Positions 36,949 through 46,234 of a stretch of 57,799 nucleotides of DNA are shown here, piece by piece. This stretch comes from a virus (lineage: Duplodnaviria > Caudoviricetes): IMG/VR virus record IMGVR_UViG_3300047560_001719, positions 1 to 57,799 of that record, one strand, 5' to 3'. The position numbers were made by a program, and so were the translations under genes. Position 1 is the stretch's first letter. Every line of letters starts with the position of its first letter. The notes under the pieces are model-generated. The model saw nothing but the letters and a program-made list of their open reading frames with translations. It searched no databases and was not told where the DNA came from.

Positions 36949-37685
36949 AGAATCCATTTACATCATGGTTTAAACCGCAAAAAGATCTCGAATTTGTAGA
37001 TACTACTCGCCTTACGTATCATAACTTTACGGTCGAAAGAGCGTGCGATGTCAAAGCAAACACGTATCGCCATCAACTTGATACGTATGGAAAACATATG
37101 ATGCCGGGTTGTCCAGGAATCCTCGACTACTCTCAGTATGGGTATATTATTCCTGCATGGGTAGACATCCATATTTTTGCAAACAAAGCAGGAGTTTCCT
37201 GGCGCATAGGAGATGGTGCAGCTCGTGGAGATAGAGGGTTTGCAAACGGAAATCCTATGGATTATAGGTTGATAGACGGAGCCTTCGAAGTCGAAGATGT
37301 TCCTCCTACGGCTATTCTATTTCCATCTCCTTGGAAAATCTTTGCACATAAAAATATCAGTGCAATGGTAATGCCTGCAACGTATCATGGTTCTCATTTT
37401 GAAGATTTACATGTTATTCCAGGAATAGTTGACTACAACAAGTTTCATGCAGTCAATTTTATTTGTATGCCGCGACGATCTTGCGAAGTTCATATTAAAG
37501 CCGGAGAACCGCTTCTTCATGTCATGCCGTTTTTAAATAAGTCTATTACAGCGTCGGTCGGTCCAGGCACAGAAGAGCAGGTAGATAAAGCAAAGAACAT
37601 GATTCCGGGTGATGACGAGCAATACTATCGAAAGTTCATGAGAACAAAAAAGATTTTTAAGATAAACAAAGAGAGTGAGCAATGA
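36945..37685 (+). CDS. Conserved phage protein of unknown function, paralog 2 of the preceding gene
   Basis: CPGILDY..YGYIIPAW.D, F.SPW.I, PGIVDY..F..VNF and IKAGEPL..V.P align by eye with 36211-36948; ATGA coupling. Confidence 0.6.
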   Translation: MKNPFTSWFKPQKDLEFVDTTRLTYHNFTVERACDVKANTYRHQLDTYGKHMMPGCPGILDYSQYGYIIPAWVDIHIFANKAGVSWRIGDGAARGDRGFANGNPMDYRLIDGAFEVEDVPPTAILFPSPWKIFAHKNISAMVMPATYHGSHFEDLHVIPGIVDYNKFHAVNFICMPRRSCEVHIKAGEPLLHVMPFLNKSITASVGPGTEEQVDKAKNMIPGDDEQYYRKFMRTKKIFKINKESEQ

Positions 37686-38698
37686 ATATTTTTGTTTCGA
37701 TCTGTTCTTACCAAGATCCATTACTGCCACATACTATCAAGAGTATGATGCAGACCAAATCTAATAGAAACAACGTCGTGTACTCGATCTTCGAACAGAC
37801 TCGTTATGAGGATTCTCTTGCATGCACAGAACCTGTATTAGTAGGTCGTGAAGACGTTATCTACAAAAGAATTGATCCTGAGTATTCGGACGGATGTGTG
37901 TGGGCAAGATACGTCAACATGTTGAACGTTACTGACGAGTTCGATTTCATCTATCAGATCGATTCGCATATTCTGCACGATCAGCATTGGGATCGCGCGC
38001 TGATCGAAGATTATAAGAGAGCGTTGGATATATCTGGAACAAACAAGATCATCATCACGGGATCGTGTAAAGGTTTCAACATCTCTGAAGAAGATGACGA
38101 GATAAAGACTTATTTGATTGAACAAGAAGATCTATCTTGTAAAGTAGGGTACTACACAATCGATCCTGAAACTCTCATTCCAGTAGTGCACGGAGATTCT
38201 TTTCCTGCAACCGAAATGCCTCAGCCGGCATTTCATATCATGGCAGGCAACTTCTTTACTCACAAAGATTGGGTAGATAATGTCGGCTTAAATCCAAAAA
38301 TCTTCTTCGAAGGCGAAGAAGTAATGATGGCAATGATGTCGTATGCAGCTGGCTATAAGATGTTCCATCACAGTAAGATGGTTTCTTATCACCTAGCTGA
38401 TACAAAGACTTGGCATACAAAGAACAATGTAGTCGAACCAGCAGGTGCACGCCGTAGGCAAAGACTTTCTGAGATCGGTCGACTTGAATGGAGGAAATAC
38501 TTAGATACATGTCGTGAAGATATGCTAGAAGCTTTCCATCAAGAGTTCGGAATCGATTTTATTAATCTTGAAATCGCAGAGAGTGCCCGAACATACAGCT
38601 TAGACACTCCAGGTAAAGCAAATCATTTTACTGAATTCAAGAAGGTTCCAGAAGAAAACCAACTTCCTCCTGCTCTGTTTATGAAAGACGATGAATGA
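37682..38698 (+). CDS. Glycosyltransferase resembling Skp1-hydroxyproline GlcNAc-transferase (GT60 / Pfam GlcNAc)
   Basis: IFVSI.SY.D..L..TI, G..WAR, QIDSH.....WD..LI (DSH metal motif), AGNFF and FFEGEE match the GT60 pattern. Confidence 0.8.
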   Translation: MNIFVSICSYQDPLLPHTIKSMMQTKSNRNNVVYSIFEQTRYEDSLACTEPVLVGREDVIYKRIDPEYSDGCVWARYVNMLNVTDEFDFIYQIDSHILHDQHWDRALIEDYKRALDISGTNKIIITGSCKGFNISEEDDEIKTYLIEQEDLSCKVGYYTIDPETLIPVVHGDSFPATEMPQPAFHIMAGNFFTHKDWVDNVGLNPKIFFEGEEVMMAMMSYAAGYKMFHHSKMVSYHLADTKTWHTKNNVVEPAGARRRQRLSEIGRLEWRKYLDTCREDMLEAFHQEFGIDFINLEIAESARTYSLDTPGKANHFTEFKKVPEENQLPPALFMKDDE

Positions 38699-39228
38699 TC
38701 GTTTGTTCTATTCCTCGGTGCGGAGCTACTCGGTTCTGTCTTGATTTGCAAGATCAGACCGATATTCCATTCATCGGAGAACTGAACCCGCTTTACATGT
38801 TCGAGAACAAGAAGGTGGATCATCACGAGACAAAGTTTCAGAAAGATTTTACTCCTGATCGGTTTGCCGATCTTATCTACGATAAGAAAAGCAGCATCGT
38901 CATGATAAATAAATCATCGTATCTGATAGCTGACAAAGCTGACTATGTGATCTTGAGAAAGAATATGATAGACGCTTTCATGAGCTACGCTAACTTCATG
39001 CTGAAGTTGTACCCAGATATCGATACGAAGGTGCTCTTAAAAGAGATACAGTTTACTGTCTACGACTACTTTGGTTTAAAGTCTTACGTTGATAAGTATG
39101 TATGTAATATCGTGTGGTATGAAGACTATTTTGGAAAGAGTGGAACACAGACTCCTTTATTGGATAGTCATAGGCATGGATCGGTAATAAAGAAAGCAAT
39201 TCAGGATGTTTTTAAGGAATGTAGATAG
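38695..39228 (+). CDS. Sulfotransferase-like P-loop protein
   Basis: N-terminal IVCSIPRCGATRF resembles the 5'-PSB loop (PRSGST), followed by GE.NP, ILRKN..D...S (3'-PB-like) and V.YED. Confidence 0.55.
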   Translation: MIVCSIPRCGATRFCLDLQDQTDIPFIGELNPLYMFENKKVDHHETKFQKDFTPDRFADLIYDKKSSIVMINKSSYLIADKADYVILRKNMIDAFMSYANFMLKLYPDIDTKVLLKEIQFTVYDYFGLKSYVDKYVCNIVWYEDYFGKSGTQTPLLDSHRHGSVIKKAIQDVFKECR

Positions 39229-39931
39229 AACATATCACTTGTTTGCTCTACAACTTATTATGCCCGTCATCGCAGTATGGGCAATGATAACATACTTTTC
39301 ATGGCCATGGGTCTTAGCATCCTTGGTCATGTTTTTCCTTATGCGGTGTGTAGGAGCAGTGGTCACGTATCACCGTATTCATGGTCATCGTACACATACT
39401 ATGCATCCTGTAGTCGAGTTTATATGTACAGGCCTCGGTTTTTATGGTAGCATATCATCGCCGATCGACTTCTGTGCAGCGCACGTCAACCATCACAAGT
39501 ACATGGACACGGAAAAGGATCCTCACTCTCCGAAGTACCTCGGTTGGAAAGCTATGTTCCCTCTCTTTTGGGTAGATCGACAAGCAGGAGATCTTCGAAC
39601 GATAGTAAGATTAGGTAAGAACAAGATCACGAGATTTTATCATGACTACTACTGGCCGTTGCTTCTCGTTCCGTTCTTGTTACTCTTCGTTTCTTTGAAC
39701 GCGTTCTTGTTTTTGTTCGTAGTACCGACCGGTCTTTCGTTGTTTACGCTTTCGATATCAACTCTCAATCATGATAAGAACGGACCAAAAAAGATGCCAT
39801 GGTGGTACGGAATTTTGACCGGTGGAGAACACCATCATAAATGGCATCACGAACATGCAACAGACACGAGCGGAGAAGGATGGCTCGACTACGTTGCCAA
39901 TGCAGTAGGCACAAAAAGGGTTAAGAAATGA
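39206..39931 (+). CDS. Membrane fatty-acid desaturase family protein (delta-9-like)
   Basis: Three His boxes YHRIHGH, HVNHHKY.DTEKDPHSP and GEHHHKWHH, with hydrophobic transmembrane segments. Confidence 0.9.
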   Translation: MFLRNVDRTYHLFALQLIMPVIAVWAMITYFSWPWVLASLVMFFLMRCVGAVVTYHRIHGHRTHTMHPVVEFICTGLGFYGSISSPIDFCAAHVNHHKYMDTEKDPHSPKYLGWKAMFPLFWVDRQAGDLRTIVRLGKNKITRFYHDYYWPLLLVPFLLLFVSLNAFLFLFVVPTGLSLFTLSISTLNHDKNGPKKMPWWYGILTGGEHHHKWHHEHATDTSGEGWLDYVANAVGTKRVKK

Positions 39932-40470
39932 ATATCGTACACTCTATAATCAACGATCTATCAGAGATCGACTTCGATGATCTCTACGAAAGAGCGAAGG
40001 ATGCAGTTGAGGCTAGTTGGCCAGCACATTCTCCGTATACTGACGCAGAAAGAAAAACAAAGTTGCTTGAGATGATTGAGAGCGGTATTAACAACGAATG
40101 GCCAGGGACGAACGTACGTGGTGAAGATGACGTATGGTTTATGGCAAAGTCAGTCGATACTGATACAGGAATAGTCATGAGTCTTGGATGTGGTTACATT
40201 ATCGATGGAGACACACACGATGGTAGAATCTCGCTTGTTGCTCCAGACGAAACAGGATCTCGGAACTATCTGTACAACGAGCAGACTCGTTTAGATAGAA
40301 ATCGATTTTATACGGAAAACGGTATATCCAAAATCCTTTATAGAATGATCCCTACTAACTCTGTGATGCATAGGTTCATTAGATACAGAGCGAATGCTGG
40401 TTATTATAGTGTTATAGAAGAAACACCGAGAGGTGATGTAACAGATATTATGGTATCTCTCAACTTATAA
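39928..40470 (+). CDS. Hypothetical protein (possible GNAT-like fold, weak)
   Basis: ATGA-coupled to the desaturase; no confident motif. Confidence 0.6.
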   Translation: MNIVHSIINDLSEIDFDDLYERAKDAVEASWPAHSPYTDAERKTKLLEMIESGINNEWPGTNVRGEDDVWFMAKSVDTDTGIVMSLGCGYIIDGDTHDGRISLVAPDETGSRNYLYNEQTRLDRNRFYTENGISKILYRMIPTNSVMHRFIRYRANAGYYSVIEETPRGDVTDIMVSLNL

Positions 40471-41241
40471 TTACCACTTTGTTCCGTGTCTTGAACTATA
40501 CTTCTTCTCGGGATGAAACGCAGCAAAGTCTTCATAGCGTGGATCTCCAGGTTCGGCTCTCTTGCCGATGCTGTACTCTCCGATATGAGTAACGAGGTTC
40601 TTTCCTTCTGAACTCTTTAGCTTGCATGTCTTCATTTCCATTTGTTTCAACGATGCTGCCACCACATACTCGCTGAGATTCTTCTCTCCAGTCATCTCAC
40701 GATGCGGGATATCTGCCATGCTTCTTGGAAAGAAGCTCGCTAGACTCCAGAAATACTGATCAGAGAGCTCTACTCGATATTGCGTACTAAGATTTTGAGC
40801 TTTGTCTAGAATGATGTCCGACTCGAGTGGTTGTGTCTCTTCTTCGAAGTCATACCACTTCTGACGCGTCAAGCATACTTGAGAGAACGTTTTGTTGTCA
40901 TGTAAAATCTGAGCGAGATCGAGAACCTTCACCGGTTGGTTGAATGTAACGTCGTCTTCTGACAAGTAAACATAATCGTAATCTCTCTGTCTCAATAGCT
41001 CGAACGTGGCGTTCCATACATATGGAAGTCCCATGTTCTGTTGATGCAGAATTACTTCAGTGTAACCAAAGTTCTTGGCCAACTCATACATCGTTCCGTC
41101 ATGCCGACCTTTTGGCATGTCATCGATAAAGATGCCTTCGACTTCACAGTGACTAAAGTCAAGCATATCTCTCTGAGACTTGAGAGTCGGGATCAGGTAC
41201 TCGAGTCTATTCGTCGACCAGATGATCTTACATACTTTCAT
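40471..41241 (-). CDS. GT-A fold glycosyltransferase (GT2-like)
   Basis: I.STNRLEYL..TL.S, FIDD, H.QN.G....WN, YDYVYLSEDD (DxD-like) and V.HIG. Confidence 0.8.
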   Translation of the reverse strand: MKVCKIIWSTNRLEYLIPTLKSQRDMLDFSHCEVEGIFIDDMPKGRHDGTMYELAKNFGYTEVILHQQNMGLPYVWNATFELLRQRDYDYVYLSEDDVTFNQPVKVLDLAQILHDNKTFSQVCLTRQKWYDFEEETQPLESDIILDKAQNLSTQYRVELSDQYFWSLASFFPRSMADIPHREMTGEKNLSEYVVAASLKQMEMKTCKLKSSEGKNLVTHIGEYSIGKRAEPGDPRYEDFAAFHPEKKYSSRHGTKW

Positions 41242-41807
41242 CAGTAAGTCTCCGTATCAAAGAAGAACGTTTGGAAAAGACGACCGTCGTATAGATCCTT
41301 GCCGAAGTAATCGAGGCTGGCATGGAACAGGTCACCGCGATAGATCACAAGTCGATTGTACTTGTTGCCTACAACGTCGATTCGATCCCATTTAGTATAG
41401 TCGTATCCTTCATGTATGTTCTCAGTAGAACGATACTCTCCTGATTCTTTGTGACGATAGATGGCAGTGCCTGCGGTAGGAGGAGCATCAGGAGTCAAGT
41501 AGCATACTGCTGCCCACATACTCGTATGATCGCTGTGGATCCATGTACGATCGAACGCAGTTGCATACTGAAAAGCTCCAGTATAACCAGAGTCTTCATG
41601 CCAATTGGTCACAGGACCAGCAAACCACATCCAGTTCTGAATGCACTGTTTGACGTCGTCTGTGAGAAATGATTTTGTTCTTTTACCTGGATAGTTTCCA
41701 GCGACATCGAATTCTTGGGTCAGAGCGTATGCTCTCACAGCATCAGGATTTATGTAAAAGTTATCGATGATCATCAAGTCTAGATTCATGTCAAGTCGCC
41801 CGTTCAT
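41241..41807 (-). CDS. 2OG-Fe(II) oxygenase-like protein (DUF6445-like)
   Basis: IIDNFY.NPD.VR..AL...F...YPG.R, WIHSD (HxD), WAAV.YL.P, YNRLVIYRG..FH.S and R..Q.FF. Confidence 0.82.
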   Translation of the reverse strand: MNGRLDMNLDLMIIDNFYINPDAVRAYALTQEFDVAGNYPGKRTKSFLTDDVKQCIQNWMWFAGPVTNWHEDSGYTGAFQYATAFDRTWIHSDHTSMWAAVCYLTPDAPPTAGTAIYRHKESGEYRSTENIHEGYDYTKWDRIDVVGNKYNRLVIYRGDLFHASLDYFGKDLYDGRLFQTFFFDTETY

Positions 41808-41821
41808 AGTGTTACTGACTG

Positions 41822-41829
41822 TATTTATG
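41822..41829 (-). promoter_or_regulatory. Minus-strand late promoter CATAAATA (TATTTATG on +)
   Basis: 15 nt upstream of the minus-strand ORF start at 41807. Confidence 0.6.
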
Positions 41830-41834
41830 CGCCT

Positions 41835-41857
41835 TATAAATAGCTAGTGGATAAATA
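41835..41857 (+). promoter_or_regulatory. Tandem late promoters TATAAATA (41835-41842) and GATAAATA (41850-41857)
   Basis: Upstream of the GAGG SD and gp13 ATG. Confidence 0.75.
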
Positions 41858-41875
41858 TACTAAAAGAGGGATTAC

Positions 41876-42619
41876 ATGGCAACTCCTACATCAAAAGCCG
41901 AGTTTAAAGAATACTGTCTTCGTAAGCTAGGCAAGCCAGTAATCGAGATCAACGTAGACGACGATCAGGTCGACGATCGCGTTGACGAGGCCATCCGTTA
42001 TTGGTATGACTATCACTTCGATGGTTCAGACAAGGTCTACTACAAGCATGCTATCACCGAAACCGATGTAGCTAACAAGTACATCACTCTTCCAGAGAAT
42101 ATCCTCGGTGCTGTCAGCGTATTCTCGATGGGTGATCCTTCGATTCGCTCAGACGACCTCTTCAATATCCGTTATCAGATCGCGCTGAACGACCTCTACA
42201 CTCTCACTAACGTATCGCTCGTTCCGTACTACATGGTCATGGAACACCTTGGTCTCATGACAGAGTTGCTCGTCGGTAAGCAACCTATTCGCTACTCGCG
42301 TCATAAAGATCGTCTGTACGTTGACATGGACTGGAACACGGTGGCTGTCGGCGAGTTCTTGCTCGTAGAAGCTTATGAAGTCGTGGATCCAGAAACATGG
42401 ACGGATGCATGGAACGATCGCTGGCTTCAGAACTATGCCACGACTCTGATCAAAGAACAGTGGGGTTCCAATCTGACCAAGTTTACTGGCATGACTCTTC
42501 CAGGTGGCGTTCAGTTCAATGGAGAGAAGATCTACGACGATGCTGTCGCCGAGAGGAGAAAGTTGGAAGATGAGATGATCACTTCGTACTCACTTCCGGT
42601 CCTCGATATGATTGGATAA
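41876..42619 (+). CDS. gp13: Neck protein gp13
   Basis: YCLRKLGKPVIEINVDDDQ..DR.DEA......YHFDG; WL..YAT.LIK.QWG.NL.KF.GM.LPGGV..NG. Confidence 0.96.
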   Translation: MATPTSKAEFKEYCLRKLGKPVIEINVDDDQVDDRVDEAIRYWYDYHFDGSDKVYYKHAITETDVANKYITLPENILGAVSVFSMGDPSIRSDDLFNIRYQIALNDLYTLTNVSLVPYYMVMEHLGLMTELLVGKQPIRYSRHKDRLYVDMDWNTVAVGEFLLVEAYEVVDPETWTDAWNDRWLQNYATTLIKEQWGSNLTKFTGMTLPGGVQFNGEKIYDDAVAERRKLEDEMITSYSLPVLDMIG

Positions 42620-42622
42620 TAG

Positions 42623-43351
42623 ATGTCGACTAATTTTTATTTCAACAACTTTACGAACAGTCAAGAACAGATCTTGATCGAGAACCTTGTTCTTGAGTCT
42701 ATCAAGATGTATGGTCATGATGTGTTCTATTGTCCAAGAACGCTGAAGGCCAAAGACGATATTTACGAAGAAGATACGGTTTCAGAGTACAATATGGCTT
42801 ATGAGATCGATATGTACATTCGCAGCTACGAAAGCTATGAAGGAGACGGTCAGTTCCTCTCGAAGTTTGGTCTTGAAATCAGAGATCAGGTTACGTTTAC
42901 GGTTTCAGTTCGAAACTTTATGGATGAAATTGGCCAGTTAGAGATGATCGATCGTCCTCAAGAAGGCGATCTCATCTACTTGCCGATGGCAGATCGTTTG
43001 ATGTACATCAAGTACGTGAACAAGACTCCGGTCTTCTATCAGATGGGTGCAATCCAAATGTACGATCTTGTTTGTGAAATGTTCGAGTACAGCAGCGAAC
43101 ACCTCAACACGGGTATCAAGGCCATCGACGATCTTGAGCGCAAGCTTGGTCTCAGCCTTGATATGTACAGCATCACGACTTCTGATGGTGGCTTCCTTCT
43201 TACTCAAGACGGAAACCCAATCATTCAGGCCGGATACGACTTCGAGACTCAAGCTGGAGACTACTTCGAAGATAATACAGAGATCCAGCAAGAAGCAGAA
43301 GGTGTTCTCGATTGGACACAACGAGATCCATTCAGTGAAGGAGTGATTTAA
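42623..43351 (+). CDS. gp14: Neck protein gp14
   Basis: EQ.L.E.LV.ESI.MYG.DV.Y.PR; FLSKFGLEIRD; RP.EGDLIY.P; FYQ.G....Y.L.CE.FEYS. Confidence 0.96.
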   Translation: MSTNFYFNNFTNSQEQILIENLVLESIKMYGHDVFYCPRTLKAKDDIYEEDTVSEYNMAYEIDMYIRSYESYEGDGQFLSKFGLEIRDQVTFTVSVRNFMDEIGQLEMIDRPQEGDLIYLPMADRLMYIKYVNKTPVFYQMGAIQMYDLVCEMFEYSSEHLNTGIKAIDDLERKLGLSLDMYSITTSDGGFLLTQDGNPIIQAGYDFETQAGDYFEDNTEIQQEAEGVLDWTQRDPFSEGVI

Positions 43352-44181
43352 TGTTTGGAAGAACCTGGAATCACGACTCGCTTCGTAAGTACATCATCGT
43401 CTTCGGAACTCTGTTTAACGATATCTATCTCAATCGTTCTGACATAAACGGTAAGACTATCCAGACTCTGAAGGTTCCTTTGACATATGGTCCAAAGGAC
43501 AAAGTTCTTACGAGATTGGATCAAAACCCAAGACTCGATAACCAAGTAGCTATCGTACTGCCGAGAATCTCGTTCGAGATGTTATCGATGGACTATGATC
43601 CTACTCGTAAGCTGAATACCCTTAATAAGTTGACTAAACAATCTACCACGATGGGAACTGACGACGAAGTCAAGTATCAGTACCAACCCGTTCCGTATGA
43701 CATGATATTCGAGATGAACATCATGGTCAAGAACTCTGAAGACGGCACACGAATCGTAGAGCAGATTGTTCCTTACTTTACACCTGACTTCACGGTCAGC
43801 GTGAACATCGTTCCTGAAGTTGACAATGCTCGTGATATCCCTGTTATCCTAAACAGTATCACTCACCAAGACGAGTACGAAGGCAGCTTCGAGCAAAGAA
43901 GAGCCAGCGTGTGGACTCTCAACTTTACCATGAAGGGATGGCTGTACGGACCTACGAAGAAGTCGAAGCTGATCAAGTTTGCTGAGACTACATTTAGGTT
44001 GACAGAAGACGTTACGATCGCCAACACTACTAATACAACTGATACGATCGTAGTATCTTCTCAGCCAGGATTGACTGTAAGCGGTCAACCTACAAGCAAT
44101 GTTGCTGAAAGTATCGATTATCAAGAAATCATAAGTACAGATGATTACGCAATCATCAATACAATTACAGAGAATCTATAA
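43351..44181 (+). CDS. gp15: Tail sheath stabiliser/terminator gp15
   Basis: RKYI..FGTLFNDI; KVPL.YGPK.K; LPRISFE....YDP.RK; QI.PYF.P; WTL.FT.KGWLYGP. Confidence 0.95.
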   Translation: MFGRTWNHDSLRKYIIVFGTLFNDIYLNRSDINGKTIQTLKVPLTYGPKDKVLTRLDQNPRLDNQVAIVLPRISFEMLSMDYDPTRKLNTLNKLTKQSTTMGTDDEVKYQYQPVPYDMIFEMNIMVKNSEDGTRIVEQIVPYFTPDFTVSVNIVPEVDNARDIPVILNSITHQDEYEGSFEQRRASVWTLNFTMKGWLYGPTKKSKLIKFAETTFRLTEDVTIANTTNTTDTIVVSSQPGLTVSGQPTSNVAESIDYQEIISTDDYAIINTITENL

Positions 44182-44570
44182 TGAGTAATGAACTTGATAA
44201 GTTTTTGAACATCGCTCCCGGCGAAAACCTACCAGCGGTGGTGGAGAAGAAGATGACGACACAGGTAGACGCTGACTTCGAGTATGCTCGTGAGAACATG
44301 ATGGAAGTCATCAATAAGGGACAAGAAGCTTTGTTCGATCTGATGGATGTGGCTCGTCAGAGTCAGCATCCGCGAGCATACGAAGTTCTTGCTACCATGA
44401 TGAACACGATGGTCGGAGCCAGCAAAGATTTGCTCGACCTTCAGGCAAAAAAGAAAAAGATCATGGAAGAAGATCCTACTGCTTCTCCTCAGCAAGTCAC
44501 GAACAACCTGTTCGTAGGCTCGACTGCCGAACTTCAAAAGTATTTAAAGCAAAACAGAGATGGCGAGTGA
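44181..44570 (+). CDS. gp16: Terminase small subunit gp16
   Basis: DFEYAR.N...I.KG; A..S.HPRAYEV; TNNLFVGSTAELQK. Confidence 0.95.
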   Translation: MSNELDKFLNIAPGENLPAVVEKKMTTQVDADFEYARENMMEVINKGQEALFDLMDVARQSQHPRAYEVLATMMNTMVGASKDLLDLQAKKKKIMEEDPTASPQQVTNNLFVGSTAELQKYLKQNRDGE

Positions 44571-46233
44571 AAACTATCTAGGTAATCCTAGACTCAAACG
44601 CGCAGATACCAAAGTAGAGTATACTCCCGAACAGGTTCAGGAGTACATCAAGTGTTCTGAGGATCCGATCTACTTTATCTTGAACTACTGTAAGATCGTC
44701 AACATCGATAAGGGTCTGATCATGTTCCCTCTCTGGGAATTCCAGAAGGAAATGATCCTATCCTTTGAAGAGAATCGCTTCGTTATCTGTAAGATGCCTC
44801 GTCAGGTGGGTAAGACGACTACCGTTGCTGCTTACCTGCTATGGAAGATCCTCTTCAACGAAGAGTACTCGATCGCCATTCTCGCTAACAAGGACAGACA
44901 GGCCCGTGAAATTCTTGGTCGTATCCAGCTCATGTTCGAACACCTTCCAAAGTGGCTCCAGATGGGAGTTACAGAATGGAACAAAGGTAACATTAAGCTC
45001 GAGAACGGGTCTGAAATCCTTGCGTCTGCTACGTCTTCTTCCGCCATCCGTGGTACTTCTCAGAACATGGTCTACCTAGACGAGTTCGCGTTCGTACCTA
45101 CAAATATTCAAGACGAGTTCTTCGCATCGGTATATCCTACCATTTCATCGGGTCAGAGTTCTAAGGTTCTGATCACATCGACGCCGAACGGCATGAACAT
45201 GTTCTACCGTATTTGGACAGAGTCTGAAGAAGGTCGTAACGCTTACGCTCGAGTCGACGTTCACTGGTCACAGATTCCTGGTCGCGATGAGGCTTGGAAA
45301 GAAGAAACGATCTCGAACACCTCTGAAGATCAGTTCAGACAGGAATACGAGTGCGAGTTCCTCGGTTCATCGAACACACTCATTCACCCAAGCAAACTTC
45401 GTAATATGGTCTACAAACAACCTATCGCACAGGATGTGGGTGGGTTGAAGGTATACGAGGAACCAGAAGAAGATACCATCTATGCTATCGTTGTCGATAC
45501 CTCTCGAGGAGCAGGAGCCGACTACTCTGCCTTCATTGTCGTCAACGTATCTACGATGCCGTATCGACAGGTGGCCACGTATCGAAATAACTTGATCTCT
45601 CCGATGGTATACCCGAACATCATCTACGGAGCTGCGATCAAGTACAACAACGCTTTGGTACTTGTCGAAACAAACGATATCGGCCAACAGGTAGCAGACA
45701 TTCTTCACTATGATCTTGAATATGACGGAGTTCTGGTGACTGCCAACAACGGTCGTACTGGTCAGAGTCTGTCAGGTGGCTTCGCTACCACCACTCACTA
45801 TGGTGTCAAGACTACCAAGCAGGTGAAGAGAATCGGTTGTGCTACTCTCAAGACGTTGGTCGAGTCAGATAAGTTCATCATCGTCGACTATGATACCATT
45901 TATGAACTGTATAGGTTCTCTTTGAAAAACAGTCTCAAAGGCAACCAGTCTTACGAAGCCGAAGAAGGCAACGACGACATGGCTATGTGCTGTGTTCTGT
46001 TTGCATGGTTGACGACTCAGCCATACTTGAAAGAGATCACGAACCTTGACATTCGTATGCAGATCTACGAGCAGAACGAGAAGATGCTCGAGCAAGCTAT
46101 GCTGCCCTTTGGTCTGATGAGCACAGGCGACGATGCATACGATGATGAAGTCAACGAACCACTCTTTGACGGCGGTCAGAAAGACGAGTTCTGGGCGGAT
46201 CGTAAGAGAGGATTCTTTGAAGGAAACTTTTGA
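44560..46233 (+). CDS. gp17: Terminase large subunit gp17
   Basis: YLGNP.LK; Walker A PRQVGKTT; Walker B VYLDEFAF; ITSTPNG.N.FY; nuclease VDTSRG.G.DYS and DD.AM. Confidence 0.98.
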   Translation: MASENYLGNPRLKRADTKVEYTPEQVQEYIKCSEDPIYFILNYCKIVNIDKGLIMFPLWEFQKEMILSFEENRFVICKMPRQVGKTTTVAAYLLWKILFNEEYSIAILANKDRQAREILGRIQLMFEHLPKWLQMGVTEWNKGNIKLENGSEILASATSSSAIRGTSQNMVYLDEFAFVPTNIQDEFFASVYPTISSGQSSKVLITSTPNGMNMFYRIWTESEEGRNAYARVDVHWSQIPGRDEAWKEETISNTSEDQFRQEYECEFLGSSNTLIHPSKLRNMVYKQPIAQDVGGLKVYEEPEEDTIYAIVVDTSRGAGADYSAFIVVNVSTMPYRQVATYRNNLISPMVYPNIIYGAAIKYNNALVLVETNDIGQQVADILHYDLEYDGVLVTANNGRTGQSLSGGFATTTHYGVKTTKQVKRIGCATLKTLVESDKFIIVDYDTIYELYRFSLKNSLKGNQSYEAEEGNDDMAMCCVLFAWLTTQPYLKEITNLDIRMQIYEQNEKMLEQAMLPFGLMSTGDDAYDDEVNEPLFDGGQKDEFWADRKRGFFEGNF

Positions 46234-46234
46234 T

